A DNA stretch of 63,377 bases, the filler included, from Lenisia limosa (taxonomy: Eukaryota; Protista; Breviatea), in the NCBI GenBank assembly GCA_001655205.1. It is 10 parts of 10 records of this genome, joined end to end, with 100 filler letters (N's around TTAATTAATTAA, not from the genome) between each part and the next. Parts side by side here need not be neighbours in the genome. Positions count along the whole stretch, not along the records: positions 29,600 to 36,912 come from LPNZ01004266.1; positions 37,013 to 40,820 come from LPNZ01008813.1; positions 40,921 to 47,228 come from LPNZ01006570.1; positions 47,329 to 51,383 come from LPNZ01009660.1; 6 more parts are not named here. One strand, given 5' to 3'. Every line of letters begins with the position of its first letter. Positions within the stretch are counted from its first letter, which is position 1. A program made the position numbers and the translations under genes. This document shows, piece after piece, positions 35,501 to 47,611 of this stretch. A model generated the notes under the pieces. That model was given only the letters and a program-made list of their open reading frames with translations, ran no database searches and was not told the origin of the DNA.

Positions 35501-36863
35501 GAGTCTGTTACTATTAAAAAGTAGTGCAAGTATTTTTTTGAGCATACCACGTAGTGTCAATAAATATCGATATTTACACGTTAGAGCTGAAAATGAAGCT
35601 TTATTTACGATCTTTTGAGTACTGTTTGTTGACTCTTTGTAGAAATACTGCACCGAACTGTTTTCCGCCTTCTTGGAGCAGTTTAAGGACGAAATCACCC
35701 TTGAAGAGGTACGTTTGAGTGAAAGAAAGACATCGAAAGCATGATGACTATTTCCCCATCATGATTTCATTCATCAGGATTTTACCCTTCAGGATTGCTT
35801 TTACCTATCAGGGTTGAGTTAAATAATGCGTAACTTCTTTAGAAGAATAAAACGAAGATTTTGGCTCAAACGACAATGACACTGAACGCTCTTCTGCGAA
35901 CCGAGCAAACGGTCCTTCCTGAAGCAGTCGTGGTATNNNNNNNNNNNNNNNNNNNNNNNNNNNNNNNNNNNNNNNNNNNNNNNNNNNNNNNNNNNNNNNN
36001 NNNNNNNNNNNNNNNNNNNNNNNNNNNNNNNNNNNNNNNNNNNNNNNNNNNNNNNNNNNNNNNNNNNNNNNNNNNNNGAATCCCATGGAATTTTGTGGAA
36101 ATTTGAAGAAATTTATGGGATTCCCAAATAAATTAAGGGAATCCCAAGTTGATGCGCCGCAGTAGAGGGTGTGAAAGGAGGAAAGGAGGTAAGGGAAGGG
36201 GGGGGGGGNNNNNNNNNNNNNNNNNNNNNNNNNNNNNNNNNNNNNNNNNNNNNNNNNNNNNNNNNNNNNNNNNNNNNNNNNNNNNNNNNNNNNNNNNNNN
36301 NNNNNNNNNNNNNNNNNNNNNNNNNNNNNNNNNGAGAGTTCTCTTTTGTTTAAACTGAACGTGGGCCCGGTTATTTCTTATTTTGGTATTACCTTTGTGT
36401 TTGGCTATTGTCTAATTTTTTAGGTCATCCTGGTGCTCTATATCCTCTCTGATGGGCCCAAGAAAATCAAGCGTTTGGAGGGGAGAACATTTATGGACGA
36501 TCCCACAGGTAGTATTTCACTTCGGTTCGAAAAAATATCGATATTTTTCGAGGATTTATCGAGAAATTCTTATACCGAAGTGAAGCCCTACCCACAGGAG
36601 ATATACTTCATGTTATTGATCCACATTATGTAACTTTTGTATCAAAATGAAGTAAGTAGAAGGTGTCATTTCCTGTAAAAATAATCGAAAAGTGTCATGA
36701 TGATACTGCCTTTTTTTTTCAAATACTGCAGCAACATTTGATTATCACAGGCCAACTCGGGAAAGAAGTGAAGGAAGATACCCTGGAACTGGGGCTGAAT
36801 GTCTTTGCACAACAGAATATCATTTCACGATTCCCAGCAGCCCTTATTCGGACCTTCTGTCAG
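32551..36863 (+). CDS. Unidentified multi-exon protein-coding gene (His/Gln/Ser-rich exon followed by many short exons); may be more than one gene
   Basis: ORF 32651..33106 plus AG/GT-bounded open exons, e.g. 33526-33625, 35643-35708, 36424-36508, 36598-36629, 36732-36863. No family recognised. Confidence 0.45.
33645..33744. mobile_element. hAT-type MITE family A copy
   Basis: tagggcttcacttcgg..ggagtgaagccctg; flanks atgtgggg/gtgtaggg (6/8). Confidence 0.88.
34888..34987. mobile_element. hAT-type MITE family A copy
   Basis: tggggcttcacttcggttcg..cgaaccgaagtgaagcccta; flanks gttaggaa/gttctgaa (6/8). Confidence 0.9.
35018..35112. mobile_element. hAT-type MITE family A copy
   Basis: aagggcttcactctgg..ccgaagtgaagccctg; TSD not clear. 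Confidence 0.85.
35382..35463. mobile_element. hAT-type MITE family A copy, internally deleted
   Basis: tacttcacttcgg..ccgaagtgaagccctg; flanks gttatgcc/gtaatgtc (6/8). Confidence 0.8.
36510..36590. mobile_element. hAT-type MITE family A copy with perfect 8-bp TSD, coinciding with a predicted intron (36509-36597)
   Basis: cccacagg (36502-36509) + tagtatttcacttcggttcg..ccgaagtgaagcccta + cccacagg (36591-36598). Confidence 0.92.
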
Positions 36864-37012
36864 GTTTGTTTGAAAACCTATGGTTTTGAATTTGATTTTT
36901 TCTTTTAGAACTNNNNNNNNNNNNNNNNNNNNNNNNNNNNNNNNNNNNNNNNNNNNTTAATTAATTAANNNNNNNNNNNNNNNNNNNNNNNNNNNNNNNN
37001 NNNNNNNNNNNN

Positions 37013-38474
37013 CGCCAAAAGTCGCGTTGATGCAAATGCAGAGATACATGTCACTGCAGCATGGTGCGCGCGTGTGGCACGAAGGATAGAAAACCCGAGA
37101 ATTAGAACCACCATGTAGAATCCTTGCGCTGAGAGCATTATGGATTCGCTTAATATTTGATATAATATTATACATTCACAAGTTGAGTAGTGCACCTTTG
37201 ATTTTTGACTCCTATGTACGCAGTAAGGGGGATTATGTTCCGTTTTAAAACACCTCATGAGCCCAATTATGAACATACTATTCTCAATACTTGCTGAACT
37301 CCATCTTGTTAAACAATTTTTTTTAGAGAACAGTTTCGGCCAGAAACAACCTATTTTTATTTCACATTTCTACATATTATTTTGAAATAACCCACCACCT
37401 TCTCCATACCAGCTACTCCCACTATCTATCAATAAACCTCCACATAATACCCTCTCAAAACCTAAATACCCCCAACCAAGTCGAATTCGACATGCTAGGT
37501 CGGTACCACAGGTCCAGTTCACAAGATGGGAAACCCAGAAATCCTACACAAAATCAATTTCATTAAGCAGAAAAAAAGTGCCAAAATAAAAAAATAGCAA
37601 ATAATCAAAATAAAAATGTTTGACTCATGACAATTAATGCAATTCTACTACCGAGACTCTTTTGTAATCTTATCAGCTGTGTGCAAAGAGTTGTATGATT
37701 GAGTGAATTATATTTACTAGCTATAATTCAATATCTTGTATAAGCGTGATGGCATGAACGGCTTCGGCCATATACAACCTTGTTTTTTTATTTCTCATTG
37801 CTATAATTTACCATAATATCTCATATGAAGATGATTCTCCTAAAGATGGGCGTTTAAAGAAGCAAAAAAAAAGTATCAACCCTGCCTACCCCAGCTACAT
37901 TCGGACCGACTCCATCAGGACAAACAAGGTGGGCGTAGTCATACTTGAGGGTAAATAAAAAAAAATAGAAAAGTGGTAAAATATTAAGAAAGAGAAAAAA
38001 AAAGGGGGAGGGGCTATACATGTTCAACAACAAAAAAACCCCACCCCCACACCTCTTGATCAGCAAGGAAGCCACCAAGTATCATTTCGCAGTCAACATG
38101 CTTCGGTCGTATGTCAGTGAGCGGAAAGAGGGACATGATGACAATCGCCAACACTACAGCGACTGCTTGCAAGCTAACGAAATTAGGATGAGGATAACAG
38201 TGTACCAAATCTGCTCCTTAAGTGTGTTGTTGTAGAACTGTTACAGTGAAGGGGTCCATAAAAACACAAAGATCAACACAAAAAATGAATTCAAAAGAAA
38301 CAAAAACCAACGAAAACCAACATGAAAGTGATGGAAGGAACCACTGGATGGTTGTAGCGGACAAGACTGGGGCTGGTTTTTCCTGCCAACTTCGGCTTTG
38401 TTGGTGGAGGTGGAGGGGCGAGAGGAGATGGGGACCTGAAACTTCGCAAAGGGGCGTGAAGCATGATTGTTCAA
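37013..38474 (-). CDS. Unidentified multi-exon gene with one N-proximal hydrophobic helix (possible type II membrane protein), divergent from ABCE1; 3' truncated
   Basis: Open exons VSLQAVAVVLAIVIMSLFPLTDIRPKHVDCEMILGGFLADQE (~38050-38180), KYDYAHLVCPDGVGPNVAG (~37890-37945), DFWVSHLVNWTCGTDLACRIRL (~37480-37545). Start uncertain. Confidence 0.35.
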
Positions 38475-38737
38475 TCTTCTGAAATCCGAGAAAAAACCAG
38501 TTTTTTTTTAATAGGNNNNNNNNNNNNNNNNNNNNNNNNNNNNNNNNNNNNNNNNNNNNNNNNNNNNNNNNNNNNNNNNNNNNNNNNNNNNNNNNNNNNN
38601 NNNNNNNNNNNNNNNNNNNNNNNNNNNNNNNNNNNGAGCGAAAGAGCGAAAAGTGGGGGCGAAGGTTGGGCGAAGGCGAAAGATCCAAGTAGGTGAAGCG
38701 CGCCAGCGCCAGCGCAAAAGACTCCCAAGATGTCGTC

Positions 38738-38747
38738 ATGACGTCAT
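38738..38747. promoter_or_regulatory. ATGACGTCAT palindrome (CRE/ATF-like) 70 nt upstream of the ABCE1 start
   Basis: Perfect 10-bp palindrome containing TGACGTCA in a divergent-promoter interval; function is inference only. Confidence 0.25.
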
Positions 38748-38816
38748 TACTGGAAAAACAAAATTGGGCTCGCGTATGAAGTCCTTTTTTGACCTTTCCG
38801 GTCTAGATTATACACA

Positions 38817-40780
38817 ATGTCAGACAAACAAACTCGTATTGCTATTGTGAGTGCCGATAAGTGCAAGCCAAAGAAATGTCGTCAAGAATGCAAACGCAAC
38901 TGCCCCGTTTGCAAGATGGGTAGGCTTTACTGGGATATAGAATAGCCTATTGACGGCGGTTTAGGCAAGCTTTGCATTGAAGTTACATCTACTGATAAGG
39001 TTGCTCACTTGGCTGAATCACTCTGTATTGGTTGCGGTATTTGTGTTAAGGTGAGGATTACATTGAATTGCTTCACTTATTCTCCAGAAATGTCCTTTCC
39101 TGGCTATTACCATCATTAACCTTCCCTCCAACCTTGAGAAAGATACCACTCACCGTTATGGACAGAATACTTTCAAACTTCACAGGTTTGAGGGGGATAG
39201 ATGAAGTGGCGTGAGGCTGATCTCCTAATTTGGCACGAAGAAGTGCTCTTTTTGCCGCTTTCTTATGGATTGATTAGCATTATATAGTTTTGCTTTTTAT
39301 TGCCTTGGAATGGGTCGTGTTCAACTTCTCCCTCTTCGTTTTCTTTTTTTTTCTGAACTCCTCTTCTTTCCCGTTTCTTTAGCATTTTAACAGCATCCTC
39401 CCCCTTTTCGCGCTTCTCTTCAACAAAAGATATCTCGAGTTGAAGGTTCAAATGCTTCAAATATCTTTTTTTTTTTTTTACAGATTCATACTTATTGAGT
39501 TGATTTTGATTTACATCCGTAGTATCTTCACCATCCATACATGAAATTGCCTTCCTACTTAACTGATCTACTTTCAATATGAATTGGCACCTTAAGTTGT
39601 TTTATGGGGTAAATATAAGAATACGAGATACAAAAGGTTTCCCCCTCACAATGCAGACTTCCCACCCCCCGCGCCGGACAGGTTCTTGGTCTTGTCGGAA
39701 CCAACGGTATCGGAAAGTCCACTGCCTTGAAGGTGGGAGACATCATGGTGTATTTTTGATGTTGATATAAGTGAGATCGGTGTGAGCGTGTTGCTGCTTT
39801 TCCTTCCATTATGAAATACGACCACACATGGGTATAAAGTCACCCCCCCCCCCNNNNNNNNNNNNNNNNNNNNNNNNNNNNNNNNNNNNNNNNNNNNNNN
39901 NNNNNNNNNNNNNNNNNNNNNNNNNNNNNNNNNNNNNNNNNNNNNNNNNNNNNNNNNNNNNNTCCCCCTGACTGGGAGAGCATTCTCCTTCATTTCCGTG
40001 GTTCTGAGCTCCAAAATTACTTCACTAAAATTCTCGAGGACGATATCAGAGTGGGTGTTTGGGAGCAAGAAAATACACCTAGGTGAGGGATGATTCTATC
40101 TTATTACACAATATAACCCCCCCCCCCAGGCCATNNNNNNNNNNNNNNNNNNNNNNNNNNNNNNNNNNNNNNNNNNNNNNNGGGACAGGTCAAGAAGATT
40201 CTCGAAGCTAAGTGCGAGCGTGAGGGCTGCCTGGAGAACCTTCTCGACCTTCTCGGTGAAGGGGGGTATATTTGTATATTATCAATACTCGTACAGGATA
40301 GGGTATCTTTCTTTCTCTTATTTCATTTCTCAGATCTCAACCATCTCGTGGAGCGTGAAATTGCCATGCTTTCAGGTGGAGAGCTCCAACGTTTTGCTAC
40401 CGCCATTGTTTCCGTTCAAAAGGTGGGGTGAAAGAAGGGAATTCTGTAATGGTTTCAGGAATACTTGAGGAATGGTAACGATTTGGGGGGGGGGGGTACC
40501 TTGTATTTTACTNNNNNNNNNNNNNNNNNNNNNNNNNNNNNNNNNNNNNNNNNNNNNNNNNNNNNNNNNNNNNNNNNNNNNNNNNNNNNNNNNNNNNNNN
40601 NNNNNNNNNNNNNNNNNNNNNNNNNNNNNNNATCTCATATCTGATCGAGAATTTTCTTTTGCAGCAGTTTTTATTACGCAGGGTGATGTGTACATGTTTG
40701 ACGAGCCCTCTTCATACCTCGATGTCCGTCAGAGAATCAAGGCGTCCCAGGTTATCCGCTCTCTTCTTACTGCTGAAACG
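38817..40780 (+). CDS. ABCE1: ABCE1/RLI1 Fe-S ABC ATPase, 5' part only (truncated by scaffold end, gaps inside)
   Basis: [69 protein letters not shown] (Walker A), [10 protein letters not shown] (signature), [15 protein letters not shown] (Walker B). Confidence 0.97.
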
Positions 40781-40936
40781 TGAGGCGTGGAATGGAATGG
40801 ATAATACAGATTTGATTCAANNNNNNNNNNNNNNNNNNNNNNNNNNNNNNNNNNNNNNNNNNNNTTAATTAATTAANNNNNNNNNNNNNNNNNNNNNNNN
40901 NNNNNNNNNNNNNNNNNNNNAGCCCCCCCCCCCCCA

Positions 40937-41996
40937 CCTGGGGTGAACATGGACTCGAACTGCTGTACGGCGCCGGCAGGCATGTGGGCTGACAAATGTG
41001 CAATGGCCTAATTCTGTAAACCCTGCATGGAAGGTATAACCTTCCACCACCGCCACAATAGGAAACTATCCCACCAATTCACGGAAAGCGAGGGCTGCGT
41101 CTGAGGCGTATGCGCCACGGTTGAAGTCGAAAAACACCACCTGAGGGCGGGCATTGTTGGCTCCGTTGAGGCTCTGGAGGGGTTATGGTTAGGCTATTAT
41201 GTGTGTCACATATCAGCTCTAATGGCCAAATGTTCTGGACACAGAGAAGCTTTGGATATATAAAACAAAAAATAGAGGACACTCTTCGTAGTAAGCTGTT
41301 TATGAAGCGCATGACAATTGGAGGATATAACTTGATGATAATTGTGGGTGATATGTACGGGTCGTGGGCCAGCATTCCAAAACAATCCATTTTAAAAAGA
41401 GCTTGACAAAAAACAGAATTTGCCTTACAGTATCCAGATTCCCCCACCAAAATAGTTGTAAAACTCCTACTATACAAAAAGTGACTGGTGGGAGACAGTA
41501 TTTTTTTAAGCTGAGTGGAAAAAAAATGTGAACATGTGTTTTGGATTTTTTTGAATATCGATGTTTATCTAAAAATGGAGAACGTTTTAAAAAACTGTTG
41601 TAGGTTAACATATGCTAAAACATTTGTGATTGAAGCAGGACACATCATGTGCTAATAGGGGATCAAGAGTGATCACAAGACATTCTGCCCTCAACCGACC
41701 TGGAACACCTTCTCTACAAGGTAGATGCTGTGAAGGAACTGGCCACCATGCTGCCAGTCAACTAAGAGTGTCAGGTCAGGAAAGTGCAAGTCGCTAGAGG
41801 GGTAGTTGTCCCCTGAACAGGATTTTTTACCCACAATAACAACCAATTGCTTACGTAGCGGGTCCTTAAGGCAGTTAAGGAGGAGGGAGTCACCATCAAC
41901 GAGGTAAACAGCAGAACCATTGAATTGGGTGTTCAAATCAAGTTCACGAGGTCTTAAAGACTGCGTCCATTTCTGGACGTGGCTAAGAGCGGTCAT
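40937..41996 (-). CDS. DDX60: DDX60-like (Ski2-related) helicase, N-terminal part only
   Basis: YLVDGDSLLLNCL..DWQHGGQFLHSIYLVEKVFQ-SLNGANNARPQVVFFD..AALAFRE-AIAHL follows the DDX60 N-terminal pattern IDGDSLL..GQxLH..YLVE..IVFF..R..HL. The helicase core is not in this scaffold. Confidence 0.72.
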
Positions 41997-42244
41997 CTTG
42001 GGTTCTTTCGATCAAATAGGAATGTGTGTTGAGGCAACACACAACTTCTTTTATGAGAAGAAAACTAACCAACACAAAGAAAAAGGTTAAAACCATTTCA
42101 TTTTCCCAATAAAAGAGTGGTATAAACTCCGCAGTTTTGTCACCTTTTTACCAACCTTAAAAACCCAAAAGTCACTCGCACAACCTTCACATCTATGAGA
42201 ATTTAACAACAATCAAACCATAAGTAGCCCTAGCGTCCCTCGCC

Positions 42245-45200
42245 ATGAAGGATTGGCGTTACTGGATCAACCCCTCAAGGGAGATCAACAGTAAGGCACC
42301 TAATATCCGGGATAAACTGCTAATATCGTCCCTAATCGAGCTATGGAGATTGAATTTAGTTTGCAAACGGGGCCGAACGGCGTATGTCACTCTTGGCTCG
42401 ACTCTCTTTGTTCTGTTCCTACTTGAGGCCCTCAAAGCTCAAGCCCTCTCGACGTCCGTGGGCTTCTTTGCGATGGCGTGTGCTGTTATTATTATGATCT
42501 ACGCCTTGTCCTTCATAGCTGCAAACTCCAGCCACCTTCAGCAGTTCCGTTCCGGTTNNNNNNNNNNNNNNNNNNNNNNNNNNNNNNNNNNNNNNNNNNN
42601 NNNNNNNNNNNNNNNNNNNNNNNNNNNNNNNNNNNNNNNNNNNNNNNNNNNNNNNNNNNNNNNNNNNNNNNNNNNNNNNNNNNNNNNNNNNNNNNNNNNN
42701 NNNNNNNNNNNNNNNNNNNNNNNNNNNNNNNNNNNNNNNNNNNNNNNNNNNNNNNAATGTAACATGTATCCAGGCTCGATAGAAAGGTTTAGTTGTGATA
42801 CTACTTGCAGTTTATTGGGGATTCACTCGGTTGTAATAAATATTGAACATTCTATTTATTTGGAGTGACGCCTGCCCTTGATACCATTATACAGTTGTGG
42901 ACAATAATCCACATATCTTAAGTCTCATCCCATCAGCACTATCTTCGGCCGCTAAACACCGTGCTGATACGTCTGCCAATTTACCAGAACCTGCTTTTGG
43001 GCAATTGTGGTGGTGAGGGGGTATTTGATTGTGATACATGTTATTTTTACAAGCTAACATGTTTTGTGTCTTGAACCCGATTGCACCATATGATCGTATA
43101 TCATATATAATGATATCATATAAATGCCTTTTCTTCAAATATTGTAATAACGTATGCTTTTTATAAGCATAGTAACATAGCATCATTTAATACATACATG
43201 TACAGTGACCGGATAAGTCTTGACCGATTTTGGGAAATTATGGAGCAATTTGGTCAAGACTTGAAGAGGCCATGGCTACCAGCGTAGCAGCCCAGATAAT
43301 TCAGACCCTCATACACCCAAGTTTCAACCACCAATGCATATTTTTGGTAAAGGTTGATATTCTATCACTACAACGCCAATTCAGTGGTGTATGAACCCAA
43401 TTTTTTTTTTTTATTTNNNNNNNNNNNNNNNNNNNNNNNNNNNNNNNNNNNNNNNNNNNNNNNNNNNNNNNNNNNNNNNNNNNNNNNNNNNNNNNNNNNN
43501 NNNNNNNNNNNNNNGGTTCGACATAGTTATTCTGATGTCATGGCTGATTGCGGATATGTTTACGATGGTGGCGCTGTATCTGAGCCCCTTGATACATAAT
43601 GATGGAGACGTACCCGTCTTTGTTCATAGCTGCTTCTTTGTCTTTTTCGGTCTGTTAGGGCTGGCTGGAAAATTGGGGATCATCTAAGTGCTTATTTAGG
43701 CTAATATTGTATTGTATGACACATATCATAGAGTATTTGACTATATTTGATAAGTAACCACTCATGGCTGTTCAGCAATGTTTACTGGACCTTACCTCAG
43801 CGCCGCCATTCTTGTTGGCCTGATTTCCTCTGTTTGCGGGGGGGGGGGGNNNNNNNNNNNNNNNNNNNNNNNNNNNNNNNNNNNNNNNNNNNNNNNNNNN
43901 NNNNNNNNNNNNNNNNNNNNNNNNNNNNNATAGTAATGTTTGAAGATATTTCTCAGTAGATTGAAAATGAGTAAAACATAGTTTAATCACAATTTAGTCG
44001 GTTCTCTTTTTCCTCTTCCCAGCTACACTTGAAACGGTTGCCATAATTGTCATCTTGGTGTTTCTTTCAATCGAGTTCTGTTCGTCAGCGTGGCAGGCAG
44101 CCCTTAAGGACATCAGGGTCTCCCTCGAGCTTGATAGGGAAACACAGGCCATGAGTGGGCTTTTGGGTTTTTGATTGTAATTATTTTGAGAATGTGACTA
44201 ATGATGTGGATTTGATGAAGTTAACTTCGTAACTGCTTAACAAGTTGATCGAAAACAGATAAAGTTGCATGTCTTGATAGCAAAATAGAATGAAAGGAAT
44301 CATCTTCTTTACAGCCCTTTATGAACCTTAACCAACATTAGTATTGCCACATGATGATGGTGTTGACAATAATTATTTCGATGGTGACTTACCTCCTCCC
44401 CCCAGCATCTCTCTCTAACAGTCTGGTACCAATGGCATTCTCGCGACAACTCGACGCTGGCACCCCGGTTGAGTCCCTGGCCGCGAGATACCCCGAAGTC
44501 ACCATGGTGTTGCTCAAAGTTTGAGGGTCGGGGAACCGATGCTAGCCTGTATTGTTTCTGAATGAATTGAAACCCTATTGTGAATAACGCTAATATTGTT
44601 GTGGTTCTATTTCTCGTTTTTGCATTTCTTTGGAGTTATGCCCCCCCTCAGATTGATATCCACAATGCCTTTTCCAATAGTGAGCTTCTCAACTGTCTCC
44701 ACGTTATCTCCTCCGCCTTTGACCAGATCCTCCTCGATTTCTCCATGTGAGGGGGCATGATAGCTTGTAAGGCAAAATTGGGTGAATTACTATAATCCAA
44801 TATCTCTTCCAAGCGTGATGGTGTGGACGGCTTTGGCCAGATACAACCTTATTTTTTTTTCTGATTTCTCATTGCAAAATATGACAATAAAACGCTCATG
44901 TTTCCGCTTGAATGTGTTTTTGGAGATGTACATATCTGTTTTAATTCATCAGGTTTAAACTCGAGCAACGTGGAGAGTTTTTCCTAAGCTGTGCTGGAGC
45001 ACCAGAACACGACACAGAACATGCCGTCACCGCAGTCAAGGCTGGCATGGCCATGAGGGACTTCTGTAAATCCCTGGTACGGCGGTATTGTTTGACGATG
45101 ATAGTGACGATCAATGTAAAGGCTCATTCTTATTGGAATGATAGGAGTGATTGTGGACATCGGAGTGATATAGGAGTGTGTTCAATTGATTTCAGCTAAT

Positions 45201-47124
45201 TACAGCTACGTTGTCCTCACATTTCAGCCCCACTTCATCAACCCTACCAATAATGGAGCTTTGGTAAGTAGAAGGGGGGAGTAATGGAGCTTTAGTTCCC
45301 AAAAAAGGGGTTTCATGACTACCATTTTTCATATTAAGATAATCATATTTTTTATGATCTTTAACCCTCATTTAGCCACCCCATGTTTTATCAGACGAAT
45401 GTATTGTATCCCTCAGGGAGCTGTTTGCTCACAATGGCAAAGTGAGAGGATCAAAGAGGCTGATTTTTATTAGATCTATAATGTCTCTCATATTATCCAG
45501 AATTTTCCAATTTCTGGATATTCTTTTCATTTTCTCTAGCTCTTTACCAAAATTGCGATTGTTTCTGGTTCTGCTATCGGAGGCATCACTGGCAAAATAC
45601 AGTACCACTATGGGTGAGGGACTATTTCAGCATTATGTATGACATATTGTATGTTTACGAACGCAACCATTACTTTTCAACTATAGACAGATATGATATT
45701 TGTGTCAAAATGTGAAAAAAATAAAAATAAGTGAAATTTGGTCAAGAGGGAAGAACCTCCACCCCCCTCATCGCTGACCACCAGACTCTGCGGACCCGTC
45801 TTGTCGGACGTCAAACATGTCATTGAGCTGGTACCCCAAAATGGCGTGCTGGTGGGTATTACCGACGGCTCTAAGGCGTAATATTTGGCTTCAATTTCGT
45901 AATTTTTCCTTTACCAANNNNNNNNNNNNNNNNNNNNNNNNNNNNNNNNNNNNNNNNNNNNNNNNNNNNNNNNNNNNNNNNNNNNNNNNNNNNNNNNNNN
46001 NNNNNNNNNNNNNNNNNNNNNNNNNNNNNNNNNNNNNNNNNNNNNNNNNNNNNNNNNNNTGAACCCTAAGTGTAGGCATCTCTCCTCAGGACCCCCTACG
46101 CCGACACTGCATAGGTTAGAATGAGTGTTGCATTGTTGGGTATGCGATTATACATGTATATAACATCATGCGGTGCGGTACACATCAGACAATGCATTTG
46201 AGTTGCTGTCAATGATATACTCAGCCCGGACTTCACAATGATGCCTCCCCAAGAAGAGGTTGTGGCACCCCCACTCTCGCCCACTGCTCTTCCAGCCCTA
46301 CCACCGCCAATCTCTCCCAATGCTGAGGTTTGCCCATTTCCCATTTCGCTCTCTTTTTTTTTTTTTTTTTTNNNNNNNNNNNNNNNNNNNNNNNNNNNNN
46401 NNNNNNNNNNNNNNNNNNNNNNNNNNNNNNNNNNNNNNNNNNNNNNNNNNNNNNNNNNNNNNNNNNNNNNNNNNNNNNNNNNNNNNNNNNNNNNNNNNNN
46501 NNNNNNNAGAAACGATAGTATCGACATCTATTGAGGGTTTAACAAGAATTATTGGGTCATATTGGATATTATCTTATTTTACCTCCCTCTCTAGCATATT
46601 CCAGCAGGAAAGCTTCTGTGGAAAGCCGAAGTAAATCGTTTAGTGGAGACCCTAATTGCCAAATTGTGAGAGATGCGGAATATTCCTATGACACAAATTC
46701 ATGAGTATTCTGAAATAGGGTTGTTTACATGCTGAGCATACCCCCCTCTCTTATTCTTCCAGATCAACGGGCTGAACTTGCGCCTGGTAAAGACTGGCGA
46801 GTCCGAATTGCCTTGCTCAGGCATCATGCCCATTTTCTCCATTTGTTCTATGCATGTTTGGGGGGAAGGGGGTTCATAGGAAAATCCTTCAACAGTTTCG
46901 CTTTTGTACTTCACCGTTTTAGTCTTTTAATGAGAAGCTTGAATGTGCTGTGTAGCCTAAGCCCCAAATACTTCATAGACATATTTAATAGTATATACCA
47001 ATATGATAATTTTATACATGTAAATTGTATCATATGGTATCCTGTCCCTTTATTTCACTTACCAAGGACCCGTCAACGGAGGAGCAGTTTGTCAAGTCCA
47101 AACCCTCAATTTCAAGAGCAATGA
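42245..47124 (+). CDS. Multi-pass membrane protein with a degenerate class III nucleotide cyclase domain; incomplete and gappy
   Basis: Several hydrophobic exons (42380-42540, 43515-43680, 44025-44090), then LVPMAFSRQLDAG..ARYPEVTMVLLK, ELLNCLHVISSAFDQI, FKLEQRGEFFLSCAGAPEHDTEHAVTAVKAGMAM and KIAIVSGSAIGGITGKIQYHYG, collinear with the cyclase fold. Confidence 0.65.
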
Positions 47125-47611
47125 GTGGGGGGGGGGGGGTAAACGAAGGAAATTTTGATAAAGAATATTGGCGTAAAGGTACTAATCTCGAACCGAATAA
47201 TCTAAACTCCAAATAAACAAACGAGCAANNNNNNNNNNNNNNNNNNNNNNNNNNNNNNNNNNNNNNNNNNNNTTAATTAATTAANNNNNNNNNNNNNNNN
47301 NNNNNNNNNNNNNNNNNNNNNNNNNNNNTGTTTCATAAATTTTCCAATTTTACCCCCCCCCCTGCAGCACATCCTGAGTACAGCTGCACTTGGGTCAACC
47401 CGGTATCTGCGGAAACCGCTGTGGCTGACGTGGCTGGTTTTGAGTGAGGGGGTGAGAGGAGAGGCGGTGGTCTTTTCAATTAAACTGTCAACGGCTCTTG
47501 AATCAAGAACCTGCTTGTCTCTCCTTTTCTCACGCCTTCTTCCATCCTTCCTCACAACATCACCCATCCCTAAAAACAACCATTTCAGCCCACAATGTCG
47601 ACAAAACCGAA

